64,000 bases of DNA from an uncultured virus (IMG/VR IMGVR_UViG_3300025626_000022). Its lineage: Duplodnaviria > Heunggongvirae > Uroviricota > Caudoviricetes > Crassvirales. Position 1 is the first letter of the stretch; every line of letters starts with the position of its first letter. The notes beneath the pieces were generated by a model. That model saw only the letters and a program-made list of their open reading frames with translations, was not told where the DNA came from and ran no database searches. The stretch lies in the IMG/VR virus record IMGVR_UViG_3300025626_000022. The stretch is one strand, 5' to 3'. The translations under genes and the position numbers were made by a program. Shown in pieces: positions 40,178-49,180 of the stretch.

Positions 40178-40418
40178 CTTCTTTTGTTTCTAATTTAGTG
40201 TAAGAACCATCTTTCAAGTCGATATTTATTTGGCCATACTCTTTTTCAAGTATTTCCTTATAATCGTCAACATCTTTATTAATAACAGCTATAGAGTGCA
40301 ATAAACTATGCTTTTTTGTTTCTAATCCTCCTATTTCATGAACTAAAGACGATAACTGCTGTTGTTGTTCTTGAATTAATAATAATTCTTCTTTTTTAAT
40401 TTTATTTTTCTTTGCCAT
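40170..40418 (-). CDS. Hypothetical coiled-coil protein
   Basis: 82 aa ending LEKEYGQINIDLKDGSY. Confidence 0.6.
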   Translation of the reverse strand: MAKKNKIKKEELLLIQEQQQQLSSLVHEIGGLETKKHSLLHSIAVINKDVDDYKEILEKEYGQINIDLKDGSYTKLETKEDV

Positions 40419-40454
40419 TTTATTTGATTTTATTTGATTTTATTTGATTTTATT
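40419..40454. repeat. Tandem repeat (TTTATTTGAT) x3.5 in 5' UTR
   Basis: Visible tandem units; on minus strand an A-rich leader directly before ATG. Confidence 0.75.
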
Positions 40455-40461
40455 GTTTTAT

Positions 40462-40995
40462 TTAGTATACAGCTAATATATCTGTACCACTTGTTAGCTC
40501 TATTGCTAATATTGGGTGAGTAAATCCTACGTATTCTGTTGCCGGAACATCTTTAAAAACAACAGACGTGCCTGCTTCTGTTGTAATACCTATGTCTTGA
40601 GCTGCGGTGCTGTTATTGTATATCATAGCTCCTCTAGACTCTGCAGTTAAATTAGATAAAGAATCAGCTGATATTACAACTTGAAAACCATCACCACCGC
40701 TTGTTGCTGGGCTAAGTATTATAGTTTCACCAACTTTAGCATCTCCTTTTGATATAAAAGTAAAACCAGTAACTTTACTTCCAGCTACAGCAGTTATATT
40801 TCCACTTACACCTACATTACCAACACCTGTTAAAGTATCACCAACATCTGTCGCATCATATCCAGATCCTCCTTGTTTTATTGTAAAATTCCAATATGGA
40901 GTTGTTGCTATAGCATCATGCCCAAACACTCTTGGTTGAGCTGCTGTGTTTCCTTTTAAACCAGGTCGATTGTTGAATTCATTAAATCCTGCCAT
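40462..40995 (-). CDS. Putative virion structural protein
   Basis: Gly/Thr-rich, GGSGYDATDVGDTLT motif shared with 30773-31429. Confidence 0.5.
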   Translation of the reverse strand: MAGFNEFNNRPGLKGNTAAQPRVFGHDAIATTPYWNFTIKQGGSGYDATDVGDTLTGVGNVGVSGNITAVAGSKVTGFTFISKGDAKVGETIILSPATSGGDGFQVVISADSLSNLTAESRGAMIYNNSTAAQDIGITTEAGTSVVFKDVPATEYVGFTHPILAIELTSGTDILAVY

Positions 40996-40998
40996 TTT

Positions 40999-41448
40999 TT
41001 ATTTATTTATTTTTGTAATTTTTTCAGCACCACGACTTCCGAAGTATGCTACATAAACTGTTACCAGTAATGTTTTTAATAAGTTTATCCAAGCTTCATC
41101 TACATCAAATTGTAAATGAAAAGAATCTACAGCCATCATAAATACAGCTGATCCAGTTAAAAATACTAAAGCTAATGGTCTAGTGTTTTTACTTAACCAA
41201 GAGTCTGATTTCATATCTGATCTCCATCTGCTAGATACTTCTTTCATTTCAGCTATATCTTGCTCTATAAGCTTCATAGCTTGTTCTTTATCAACTGCCT
41301 TAATCTTATTATCACTTGATATAAGATTTTTTACTACACCTAGCGTACCTTGGTTAGGTAATACATCTCCAAGAGCTTGTAATACTTTAGGTGCTTTACT
41401 TGATAAAAACGCTCCTATTTTAGTTTCATTAAATGTTTTTTTACTCAT
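40999..41448 (-). CDS. Holin (3TM holin-like)
   Basis: RWRSDMKSDSWLSKNTRPLAL, two TM helices, AYFGSRGAEK. Confidence 0.7.
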   Translation of the reverse strand: MSKKTFNETKIGAFLSSKAPKVLQALGDVLPNQGTLGVVKNLISSDNKIKAVDKEQAMKLIEQDIAEMKEVSSRWRSDMKSDSWLSKNTRPLALVFLTGSAVFMMAVDSFHLQFDVDEAWINLLKTLLVTVYVAYFGSRGAEKITKINK

Positions 41449-41450
41449 AA

Positions 41451-42227
41451 TTAACTTCTAAGTTCTTTAAGGACATCTTTATTTCCCCCAGTTACTATAT
41501 CATCTTCAGTCATCTTAGTATAACTTTCGTTAGTTGATTTATCACCTCTAGACAATAAATTAACAAATTGTTCTTGATTTATTTCAGTCATAGAAGCCGA
41601 AGGATTTTTTTGACTTATATCATAATATCTAACTTTACCTCCTACAACATTAGATTTTGGAACATAACTTTTAATACCTTTACCACTTTTAGTAACATAA
41701 GTAGTACTAGTGTAATTATCCGTCCAGGTTGGTGGTTTTTCAGATTGTGAAGTAGGTCTATTTACACTAACATCTCTACCAACCGTTGGTTCATTAACTT
41801 CTTTTTTTACTATCTTTTTTGATTCTTCTGGTTTTATATCTAATGGTGACTTGTTTATTAAACCTTTGTTTTGCATTAAATTATAAGAATTAGAGTTACC
41901 TCTATAACCATTTAATTTAAATTTATTTTCTTTAGCCCTACTGTAAGCTTCTTTTTCCCAAGGTAAGTTTTTAGCGCCTTCATTCATAGATTTTCTAGAA
42001 TATTCTTTACCTTTCCATATAACCTTATTGTCTGTATAATCTAAATCACCTCTTTTCATTTGATCTATATGAACAGCCTCATGCGCTATTATTTCTTTTA
42101 TTTTTTTAGGATCTGTTATATCTTTATTTACATGTATAGAACCATCTTTATTGGCTTTACCCATTACATCATCTTCCATATCTACTTTAACTATAGGGGA
42201 ATTTATTGGATTATTTTTTATCTTCAT
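41451..42227 (-). CDS. Zincin-like metallopeptidase domain protein
   Basis: GKANKDGSIHVN...IAHEAVHIDQM...LPWEKEAY (HExxH plus downstream Glu). Confidence 0.7.
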   Translation of the reverse strand: MKIKNNPINSPIVKVDMEDDVMGKANKDGSIHVNKDITDPKKIKEIIAHEAVHIDQMKRGDLDYTDNKVIWKGKEYSRKSMNEGAKNLPWEKEAYSRAKENKFKLNGYRGNSNSYNLMQNKGLINKSPLDIKPEESKKIVKKEVNEPTVGRDVSVNRPTSQSEKPPTWTDNYTSTTYVTKSGKGIKSYVPKSNVVGGKVRYYDISQKNPSASMTEINQEQFVNLLSRGDKSTNESYTKMTEDDIVTGGNKDVLKELRS

Positions 42228-42360
42228 ATGGAAATTTTATATTTAAAGCTTGTTGACGTTTGTCACAGTTGCAATTTTTAAAAGCTAATTTAACCACTTT
42301 TTTTATTCCTGTAACTTCAGTAAATTTAGCAACAGTGTCTCCTAAGCCTTTACTTTTCAT
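42211..42360 (-). CDS. Small protein (49 aa), not in ORF track
   Basis: Hand-translated MKSKGLGDTVAKFTEVTGIKKVVKLAFKNCNCDKRQQALNIKFPYEDKK. Confidence 0.65.
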   Translation of the reverse strand: MKSKGLGDTVAKFTEVTGIKKVVKLAFKNCNCDKRQQALNIKFPYEDKK

Positions 42361-42361
42361 T

Positions 42362-42769
42362 TTATAATTTTCTACCTTTCTTGTCAACTTTAACCTCTTT
42401 TACTATAACTCTAGTACTAGGCTTTTTATTCTGCAACTCTTCTAGCTGTCTGTTTAGTTCTTCTAATTTGCCATCAGCTTCTGTACCATCTTTAATCATA
42501 CTAGCAGTTATACTAATCTCTTCTTTTAATATATCTTGAGTTTGTTCAAGCATCTCTACTTGATCTTTTAACTGCATAATCATTTTTTCATTCCACTCTT
42601 CTTTTAGCTCATATTCTAAACGAGTAACTTCTACTGGTGGCAATGTTTTGGCTAAGCGTATGTCTTCTTGTAAAGTATAATACATACCAACTAAAGTTGT
42701 AGTTAGCATTATTATTCCAATTACAGTTTTTATATCAATTTTAAACTCAGTGTTTTCAGATATTTTCAT
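42362..42769 (-). CDS. Membrane-anchored coiled-coil protein (possible i-spanin)
   Basis: Likely start MKISENTEF; single TM helix then long coiled coil; directly after endolysin. Confidence 0.5.
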   Translation of the reverse strand: MKISENTEFKIDIKTVIGIIMLTTTLVGMYYTLQEDIRLAKTLPPVEVTRLEYELKEEWNEKMIMQLKDQVEMLEQTQDILKEEISITASMIKDGTEADGKLEELNRQLEELQNKKPSTRVIVKEVKVDKKGRKL

Positions 42770-43169
42770 ATTCTTTAGTTGCATCGAACGATGGGCATGC
42801 TTTGTTAGCAAACTCATTATGTGAATAAATAATAGCATCTGGATACATTGCTTTTAATGTTTTAAGCACATGTAACAGACTTTCTTTTTGATCTTGTGTT
42901 CTAGTATCCTTCGGAGTCTTACCATCTGCCTCAACGCCTCCGCAATAGCATAATCCTATGCTGTTTCTATTGTGTGATTTGCAATGAGCTCCGATACGAT
43001 CTATATTTCTACCTTTTTTGATAGTTCCATCTAATTCAATGTAGAAATGATAGCCAATGTCGCTCCACCCTCGAGAATTAATATGCCAATCTTTTATTGT
43101 TTCAACTGGTACATCTTGTCCTTCTCTAGTAGCAGAGCAATGTATTATAATTTCTTTTATGTGTCTCAC
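42756..43169 (-). CDS. N-acetylmuramoyl-L-alanine amidase endolysin (T7 lysozyme-like)
   Basis: IIIHCSAT, GWSDIGYHF, IGAHC, SIGLCYCGG, HNEFANKACPSF. Confidence 0.92.
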   Translation of the reverse strand: MRHIKEIIIHCSATREGQDVPVETIKDWHINSRGWSDIGYHFYIELDGTIKKGRNIDRIGAHCKSHNRNSIGLCYCGGVEADGKTPKDTRTQDQKESLLHVLKTLKAMYPDAIIYSHNEFANKACPSFDATKEYENI

Positions 43170-43321
43170 TTTTTATCTTTTAATAAATACCATTTATGAG
43201 CAGTATAACCTAATGTTGTAAACAATAACAATATAGACAATATAGGCTCTAACCAACCTAACCCAACTACAGTTGCGGAGGTTATATTTAAGCAATATAA
43301 TTTTATATCCTCTAGACCCAT
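43166..43321 (-). CDS. Small membrane protein, possible holin (51 aa), not in ORF track
   Basis: Hand-translated MGLEDIKLYCLNITSATVVGLGWLEPILSILLLFTTLGYTAHKWYLLKDKK; overlaps endolysin start. Confidence 0.6.
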   Translation of the reverse strand: MGLEDIKLYCLNITSATVVGLGWLEPILSILLLFTTLGYTAHKWYLLKDKK

Positions 43322-43491
43322 TATCTATTAGCATTTAAAACAGCATTACCCTTGTAAGCTATATTATCAATAGATTTTAGTATAGGTGTTATTGTTGAGT
43401 TATTAGAAACCATAACTCTAGTACCTAATGGCTTGCATCCACATTTAAGTTTAACGCCTGCTGGCTTTTGTTTTTCTCCGTAACTTGGCAT
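43321..43491 (-). CDS. Hypothetical protein (56 aa), not in ORF track
   Basis: Hand-translated MPSYGEKQKPAGVKLKCGCKPLGTRVMVS...ANR; fills the gap exactly. Confidence 0.55.
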   Translation of the reverse strand: MPSYGEKQKPAGVKLKCGCKPLGTRVMVSNNSTITPILKSIDNIAYKGNAVLNANR

Positions 43492-43495
43492 AGTT

Positions 43496-44701
43496 TTATT
43501 TTTTAAATTTACTTAGTGTTTTAGCTAAATTAGCTCTTTGTTGTGTTTTTTTGCCGTATTTCCCGTCAGCGGCGGCGTTTAATTTACTTTTTGGTATTTT
43601 TTCTCCTTGAGGAACACCTAAATCTTTATGTAGTTGACCTGGCTTTTTAATAGCTCCCTTTATCCAGTTTTTTTTTAATGGAGTTTTAGCTCTATCTACT
43701 CTATTACCCATTCTATTTGCATATTCTTTATTAGAAATTCTATTTTTAGTATATGTAGTGCTAGGAACCATATTAGGAGTTCCATCAGCGTTAGTTCCAA
43801 TATTTTCCATAGTAGTTTTACCAGGTCTCATTTCGTAACTAATAGTATCTTTTTTGTCAAGACTTATAGACTGGGCTAGTGGGTAACCAAGACTTGTTTT
43901 TGAAGTTTTAAATCCCTGTTTTTTTTGTTTTTTTGGTGGATCTGTATCTAAATTAAAAGGTGATGGTTGATCTCCAGGCATAACAGAGTTATTAACATTG
44001 TTATTCATTACAGGATCTGGATTATTACCCATTTGAGCTAAACCACCAAACATTTGTGCTTGACTATCTTGTTGTGCAGATATTTTAGATGGATCTTGGT
44101 AATTGTTAGGATCGTTTATTAGAACATTAGAGTTAACAGGTCGACCTGCTCTATTAGGCGTTTGTTGCTCAGGTGCAGGAATTCCACTCATGTTGTTTTG
44201 CTGCATGCCAGCATCTCCTTCAACGGCTAAAGTATTAGGATTTATATATTTTAAGGCAGAGCCTTTAAAGTCTTGTTGTTCCATTTTATTGTTTTTTATC
44301 AAAAATTCTTTTTTATTAGCTTTTCTATCTATTAAGTTAGCTGTTTTTTCGTTTTGTCTTTTAATTTTTTTAGCTTGAGGTATTGCTTTTTTTATTTTAA
44401 CTCTAGTAGCTCTAGATTCGTCTTTTATAGCTTTATTATCTATCTTAGATTGTATTTTTTGCTCTTTAAATCTACTTTTAGCTTTTGTAAGTTTTTTATG
44501 TAGACCAGGCTGATAAACTTTGCTTTCTTTTTTTAATTTTTCAGCAGTTGGATTACCTCCATCATCGCTAGTTCCTTCTACAACTCCTTCTTCGTTTAGA
44601 GAGGCAAAAGTAAGAGGTTGAGCATTAGTCTTCGCAAAAGAAGCTGATACACTTCCAGGGCTTGAGTAAGAATTTTTAAAAAATGGACTATTTTTTTTCA
44701 T
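43496..44701 (-). CDS. Low-complexity basic SP-motif protein, putative internal head polyprotein
   Basis: NSPFF, PSPFNL, KTPLK motifs; C-terminal KNWIKGAIKKPGQLHKDLGVPQGEKIP module. Confidence 0.6.
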   Translation of the reverse strand: MKKNSPFFKNSYSSPGSVSASFAKTNAQPLTFASLNEEGVVEGTSDDGGNPTAEKLKKESKVYQPGLHKKLTKAKSRFKEQKIQSKIDNKAIKDESRATRVKIKKAIPQAKKIKRQNEKTANLIDRKANKKEFLIKNNKMEQQDFKGSALKYINPNTLAVEGDAGMQQNNMSGIPAPEQQTPNRAGRPVNSNVLINDPNNYQDPSKISAQQDSQAQMFGGLAQMGNNPDPVMNNNVNNSVMPGDQPSPFNLDTDPPKKQKKQGFKTSKTSLGYPLAQSISLDKKDTISYEMRPGKTTMENIGTNADGTPNMVPSTTYTKNRISNKEYANRMGNRVDRAKTPLKKNWIKGAIKKPGQLHKDLGVPQGEKIPKSKLNAAADGKYGKKTQQRANLAKTLSKFKK

Positions 44702-44702
44702 T

Positions 44703-45146
44703 TTATCTTTTTTTATCTTTGTTTAAATCTAATATAGATTTATATAATACTTTATCCATATAAGTTTCTTTTCTCATTATACTGTTTTTAGAATTCATAG
44801 GTATATCTTCTTCGCCTAATATTATTCTATATACTCTTGAAAGCATTTGTTTAAACTTTAATGATGTTTTGTATATGTGATATTTTTGAGTTGTTCTATT
44901 TCTTTTTCTAAAAATTACTATCCAGTCTTCTTGAAACAGTCTACTCCATCTTCTATTATCCCAACTGTAGGAATAACATCCGTCTTTGAAATCTTGTTTG
45001 TTAAAATATTGTAAAGAATCTAAATATATTAAAAGTTCAAAATCAGACTCTCTTATATTGTAATTTCTTTTAACCCATTTTCTTATTATTCTATAATGTT
45101 TAAATAAGTTTAAATCCTTAAGATCAGATGATGTCAGTTTTCTCAT
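44703..45146 (-). CDS. Hypothetical protein, possible winged-helix
   Basis: YNIRESDFELLIYL...WIVIFR...YKTSLK pattern reminiscent of MarR-type wHTH. Confidence 0.5.
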   Translation of the reverse strand: MRKLTSSDLKDLNLFKHYRIIRKWVKRNYNIRESDFELLIYLDSLQYFNKQDFKDGCYSYSWDNRRWSRLFQEDWIVIFRKRNRTTQKYHIYKTSLKFKQMLSRVYRIILGEEDIPMNSKNSIMRKETYMDKVLYKSILDLNKDKKR

Positions 45147-45403
45147 AAGATGATTACTACATCTTGTTCTTTAATAACTTTAAACTCATCTTCACCTATC
45201 TCAACACTAAAACCTGCGTGACGATCATAGTAAATTTCATCTTTTTCTTTAATAGCTATAACTTCAGAACCCACATTGATGACTATAGCTTTTCTATATC
45301 TAATATCTTCTCTATTACTTTCATCTAATATTAAACCACCATTTGTTTTTTTGGTGGTTTTATTATCTTTCTCAATTATTATATATTTTCCTACTGCTCT
45401 CAT
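45143..45403 (-). CDS. groES: Co-chaperonin GroES
   Basis: KKTNGGLIL mobile loop, AIVINVG, IKEKDEIYY, VIKEQDVV; adjacent to GroEL. Confidence 0.85.
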   Translation of the reverse strand: MRAVGKYIIIEKDNKTTKKTNGGLILDESNREDIRYRKAIVINVGSEVIAIKEKDEIYYDRHAGFSVEIGEDEFKVIKEQDVVIIL

Positions 45404-46938
45404 GCTCTTAAATTATTAATAACACAATCAGTTGATATAATAGTTGTAGCTACTGAAGCCGCGTTTCTTAATGCACTTTTAGTAACTAGTAGTGGATCTA
45501 TTATTCCGGACTTTACCATATTTACCGTTTCGCCTGTAACCACATTTAATCCTGTACCATTTACTGTAGGAGTTTGATAATTTTCAATTCCAGCATTAGA
45601 CAGTATAGTTTTATAGGGATGTTGAATAGCTTTTAATAAAACTTCTTCAGACTTTGAATCAGCTTTTACATCTAAAGATGCATTTAATAAAGCAATGCCA
45701 CCACCTGGCACTATACCTTCTTTTAACGCGGCTTTTGTAGCACATATAGCATCTTCTACTCTGTCTCGCTTTTCTTTTAATTCTATTTCTGAATTAGCAC
45801 CGACTTTAACAACTGCTACCTTAGCTTTTAACCTTGAAATTCTTTTTTCTAAACTATCTTTTATAAAACCTTTAGTAGTCTTGTTGTATTGATCTTCTAA
45901 ATCTTTAGTTAATTCAACAACCTCTTCACTTTTAGTATCTATCTGTATTATAGTTTCTACCGTACTACTAACTGATTTTTTACACTTACCTAAATATTTA
46001 ATATCTATTAAATCTAAATCATCTCCTAAATCCTCACTTATGACTTTGGCTCCAGTTAACAAGCTTAAATCATCTAGTGTACTTTTTCTATTAGCTCCGT
46101 AAGTTGGAGCTGCTATAATGTTTACTTTTATATTGCCTTTAATTTTGTTCATAGCTAAAGCGCTACTAACTTGAGGCTCTACGTCTGCTATTATCAATAG
46201 TTGTAGTTGGTTCTTAATTACGTGCTCTAAAATATTTTGTATTTTTCTAATGTTTTCTATTGGAGAGTCAACTATTAAAACTAAGCAATCATTAAGCTCT
46301 GCTTCGTTTTTAGCTTTATTAGTTACAAAATGTGGATTTGAAAAACCTTGTTCGTATTGAATCCCCTCTATTGTTTCTACTTTAGTATTTGGCTCGTCGT
46401 GAGTTTCCATTATTACTAAACCGTCTTTACCTACGGAACTAAAAGCCTTGTGTATTACTTTACCTAGTTCTTTGTCGTTATTAGCTGATATTGTAGCTAC
46501 TTGTTCTATATTACTCTTTCTAACTTTTGAAGAGTTTTTTTCAAGATATTGCACTACTTTTTTAACAGCTTTATTAATTCCAATTTTTAATTCTCTAGGA
46601 TTTAATTCTTTAAATTTAGAAGCTTCTTGAAGTATAGCACACGCTAGAACCGTGGCGGTAGTTGTGCCATCTCCTGCTTCTTTAACGGTTTTTCTAGCTG
46701 CTTCTTTAATTAATTTAGCACCCATATTTTCAACAGGATCTAAAAGTATAATACTATTAGCAACTGTAACACCGTCTTTTGTTATTTGAGGATCTCCATT
46801 TTGGTTTTCCATTATAACACATTTGCCGCTAGCCCCTAAAGTGGAGCTAACAGCTTTTGTGAGAGTTTCTATTCCTTGGAATATTTTGTTTTTAGCATTT
46901 TCACCGAAGTTTAAATGCTTTACAATTGTCTCGTTCAT
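45400..46938 (-). CDS. groEL: Chaperonin GroEL
   Basis: TLGASG, ITKDGVTVA, AGDGTTTATVLA, RVEDAICATKAA..EGIVPGGG, GIIDPLLVTKSAL; lacks the GGM tail. Confidence 0.95.
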   Translation of the reverse strand: MNETIVKHLNFGENAKNKIFQGIETLTKAVSSTLGASGKCVIMENQNGDPQITKDGVTVANSIILLDPVENMGAKLIKEAARKTVKEAGDGTTTATVLACAILQEASKFKELNPRELKIGINKAVKKVVQYLEKNSSKVRKSNIEQVATISANNDKELGKVIHKAFSSVGKDGLVIMETHDEPNTKVETIEGIQYEQGFSNPHFVTNKAKNEAELNDCLVLIVDSPIENIRKIQNILEHVIKNQLQLLIIADVEPQVSSALAMNKIKGNIKVNIIAAPTYGANRKSTLDDLSLLTGAKVISEDLGDDLDLIDIKYLGKCKKSVSSTVETIIQIDTKSEEVVELTKDLEDQYNKTTKGFIKDSLEKRISRLKAKVAVVKVGANSEIELKEKRDRVEDAICATKAALKEGIVPGGGIALLNASLDVKADSKSEEVLLKAIQHPYKTILSNAGIENYQTPTVNGTGLNVVTGETVNMVKSGIIDPLLVTKSALRNAASVATTIISTDCVINNLRA

Positions 46939-46971
46939 TTAATTTAATTTGATATGATTTGTTTTGAATAT

Positions 46972-47262
46972 TTACTCGAAGGTTTTAACTACTTTCGGTC
47001 CTTTGGTAAACTCTAGCTTTTTAGCATAATGTTCAATAGAAGCATCTATTGCTTGTTCTGCTCCAGCTATTGTTTCTCTTCTGGTAACATCGATCCAGTC
47101 ATCTGAGTCGATAGATTTATATTCGGTTTGTAGAAACCCATTAGGTAGTTGTACTATTCTCCAGTTTTTCTTTTCTGAAATATGTTTCCAGTACTTAATA
47201 GTTTCTTCATTTGGTTGTGGCGCACTAGACCACGTATTGGTGCGGGTATATAAAAACGTCAT
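46972..47262 (-). CDS. Hypothetical protein
   Basis: 96-aa ORF downstream of a candidate late promoter. Confidence 0.6.
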   Translation of the reverse strand: MTFLYTRTNTWSSAPQPNEETIKYWKHISEKKNWRIVQLPNGFLQTEYKSIDSDDWIDVTRRETIAGAEQAIDASIEHYAKKLEFTKGPKVVKTFE

Positions 47263-47294
47263 TTTATTTGGTTTTAAGTTAAACGTTGGTTATT

Positions 47295-47324
47295 TATATT
47301 ATCACTTGATAATTCGGTTATTTA
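47295..47324 (-). promoter_or_regulatory. Candidate late promoter TAAATAAC-N11-GTGATA
   Basis: Identical boxes and spacing at 53473-53497 (-); related copies near 21.0, 29.9 and 63.06 kb. Confidence 0.55.
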
Positions 47325-49169
47325 AGCTTCTAACGCTTCAATTCTTGCGGTTAATTCTTTTATTGCTCCTACTAATAGTGGAACTAGCTTGCTTTGGTCG
47401 ATACCTTGATATATAGGATTGCCTTGGTCGTCAACCGCGTCTTTTTCTCCGTGTATTGCTTCTGGAATAATACTAGAAACTTCGTGAGCTAAAAATCCAT
47501 CTACAACATCGCTGTCTGTTTCTGATATAAAGTTAAACCTACTTGGTTTTAGTTGTTTGACTCTATCGACCGATCCAGTCATTTCAACTACATTTTCTTT
47601 TAATCTATAGTCAGAAGATGTATTAAATGCTGTAGCTGAGTTAGTCATAGTTATACTACCTACATTCGTAGTACCACTTACTGACTGTGTGAAGTTCATA
47701 GCATAACCACTTACCCCATTTGTTCTAAGTACCTTTATGCCTTCATTATACGGACCTAAATTTATATTAATTGCTCTAGCTCCTTGACCGCCAGCAGGTG
47801 CTAAAGATATACAATTTTCAGAGCCCTGTGAAGGACCTTGAGAATCTATTATATTTAATGTAGCTCCTAAGCCTGAAGGATCCTGATTTCCAGATCCTCT
47901 TATACTCAAAGATTTTGATGTGTTATTGTAAACTAAAGAACTATCCGCCGTAACCGAATTGGTTCCATTACCTCTAGGTATTTGGCCTGAATTTATACTA
48001 ACTAAGCCTGTTCCTCCGTTTGCTACAGGTATAGGACTTGTAATACTTACAACCTTTGCACTTCCAGAACCAGTAACAGAAATAGGTGATGTTCCAGTAA
48101 CGGCTGAAATAGGTAAATTGATCCATTCTAATTGGTATGGTGAAGATCCTAGTGTTTTAGGCGCTCCTAGATATTGACTTTCTACAGTTGGTGCGTTTGG
48201 AAGCTTTATTACATAGTCAGCTGGAGTTCCAGCTCCTGGCCCTTCTATAGTTACTTTTGAATTTAATCCATCTTTAACTGCTACGCCTCCATTAATTACA
48301 AAAAAACTTCCATTTCTAACCTTGGTTTCTGTAGAATCAAAGTATTCTAAATTAGAGTCTTGAAGCTCACCAGCACTGTCAACAAAAGGAATTCTTTTTG
48401 CTGTTATTTGACTTTGGTAGTTAGTACCAAGCTCTACAGTTGCACCATTATTTGATGATGTGGCTGTAATACTACCACCAACATTTAAGACTGTTGTTTT
48501 ATTAGTAAAAGTTGCAACTTGAAGCGCATTAGAAACAAGCTCTACAGTTGTGCCATTATTTGATGATGTAGCTGTAAGATTACCACCAACATTTAAGGTT
48601 GTTGTGTTATTAGTAAAAGTTCCAATTTGAAGCGAGGAAGCATCTTCCCACCGACAAAGTGAACCAGTAGATGTTAAAACTTGACCATCTCCTCCTTTGC
48701 TACCTTGATAATCAATTAAAGCACCATCTCCAGCCGGCGCTCCACCAGTTCCTCCAAGTTGTATATTGCCTGTCCAAATTCCACCAGTTCCTTCAATCTT
48801 AAAATATTCGTCATTGAAATTACTGCCATCATTGCCCGCGTGCTGAGACATTACAGAATTACCTATAGTGCTGCTAGAACCAGTTGGTCCAGAAAATATA
48901 GATACGTTTCCAGAAGTTCCAGGTCCAACAGTACCACCACCACCAGAGTAATTAGGCACATTTAACACATTACCACTACTTAATGTTGCTTCTCCTGAAG
49001 TTCCTGCTGTTGTTAAAGATAAAGGAGAACCATTTATTAACGTTTTTAACTGTTGAACTGTAGCTTGTTTTGTTCTTTTTGCTGGATCTTGAGTGACATT
49101 GTCAGTTATTAATACAGAATCTGACAATGACAGTGTTGATATTTGAGGATATGTGTAAATTATTGCCAT
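47322..49169 (-). CDS. Tail fibre/spike with C-terminal intramolecular chaperone (peptidase S74)
   Basis: TSSDYRLKENV...LKPSRF...GFLAHEV...IDQSKLVPLLVGAIKEL. Confidence 0.85.
   Translation of the reverse strand: MAIIYTYPQISTLSLSDSVLITDNVTQDPAKRTKQATVQQLKTLINGSPLSLTTAGTSGEATLSSGNVLNVPNYSGGGGTVGPGTSGNVSIFSGPTGSSSTIGNSVMSQHAGNDGSNFNDEYFKIEGTGGIWTGNIQLGGTGGAPAGDGALIDYQGSKGGDGQVLTSTGSLCRWEDASSLQIGTFTNNTTTLNVGGNLTATSSNNGTTVELVSNALQVATFTNKTTVLNVGGSITATSSNNGATVELGTNYQSQITAKRIPFVDSAGELQDSNLEYFDSTETKVRNGSFFVINGGVAVKDGLNSKVTIEGPGAGTPADYVIKLPNAPTVESQYLGAPKTLGSSPYQLEWINLPISAVTGTSPISVTGSGSAKVVSITSPIPVANGGTGLVSINSGQIPRGNGTNSVTADSSLVYNNTSKSLSIRGSGNQDPSGLGATLNIIDSQGPSQGSENCISLAPAGGQGARAININLGPYNEGIKVLRTNGVSGYAMNFTQSVSGTTNVGSITMTNSATAFNTSSDYRLKENVVEMTGSVDRVKQLKPSRFNFISETDSDVVDGFLAHEVSSIIPEAIHGEKDAVDDQGNPIYQGIDQSKLVPLLVGAIKELTARIEALEA
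48428..48634 (-). repeat. 108-bp (36-aa) tandem duplication inside tail fibre
   Basis: LQIGTFTNNTTTLNVGGNLTATSSNNGTTVEL / LQVATFTNKTTVLNVGGSITATSSNNGATVEL; DNA offset 108 bp. Confidence 0.85.
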
Positions 49170-49180
49170 TTTTGTTTATT

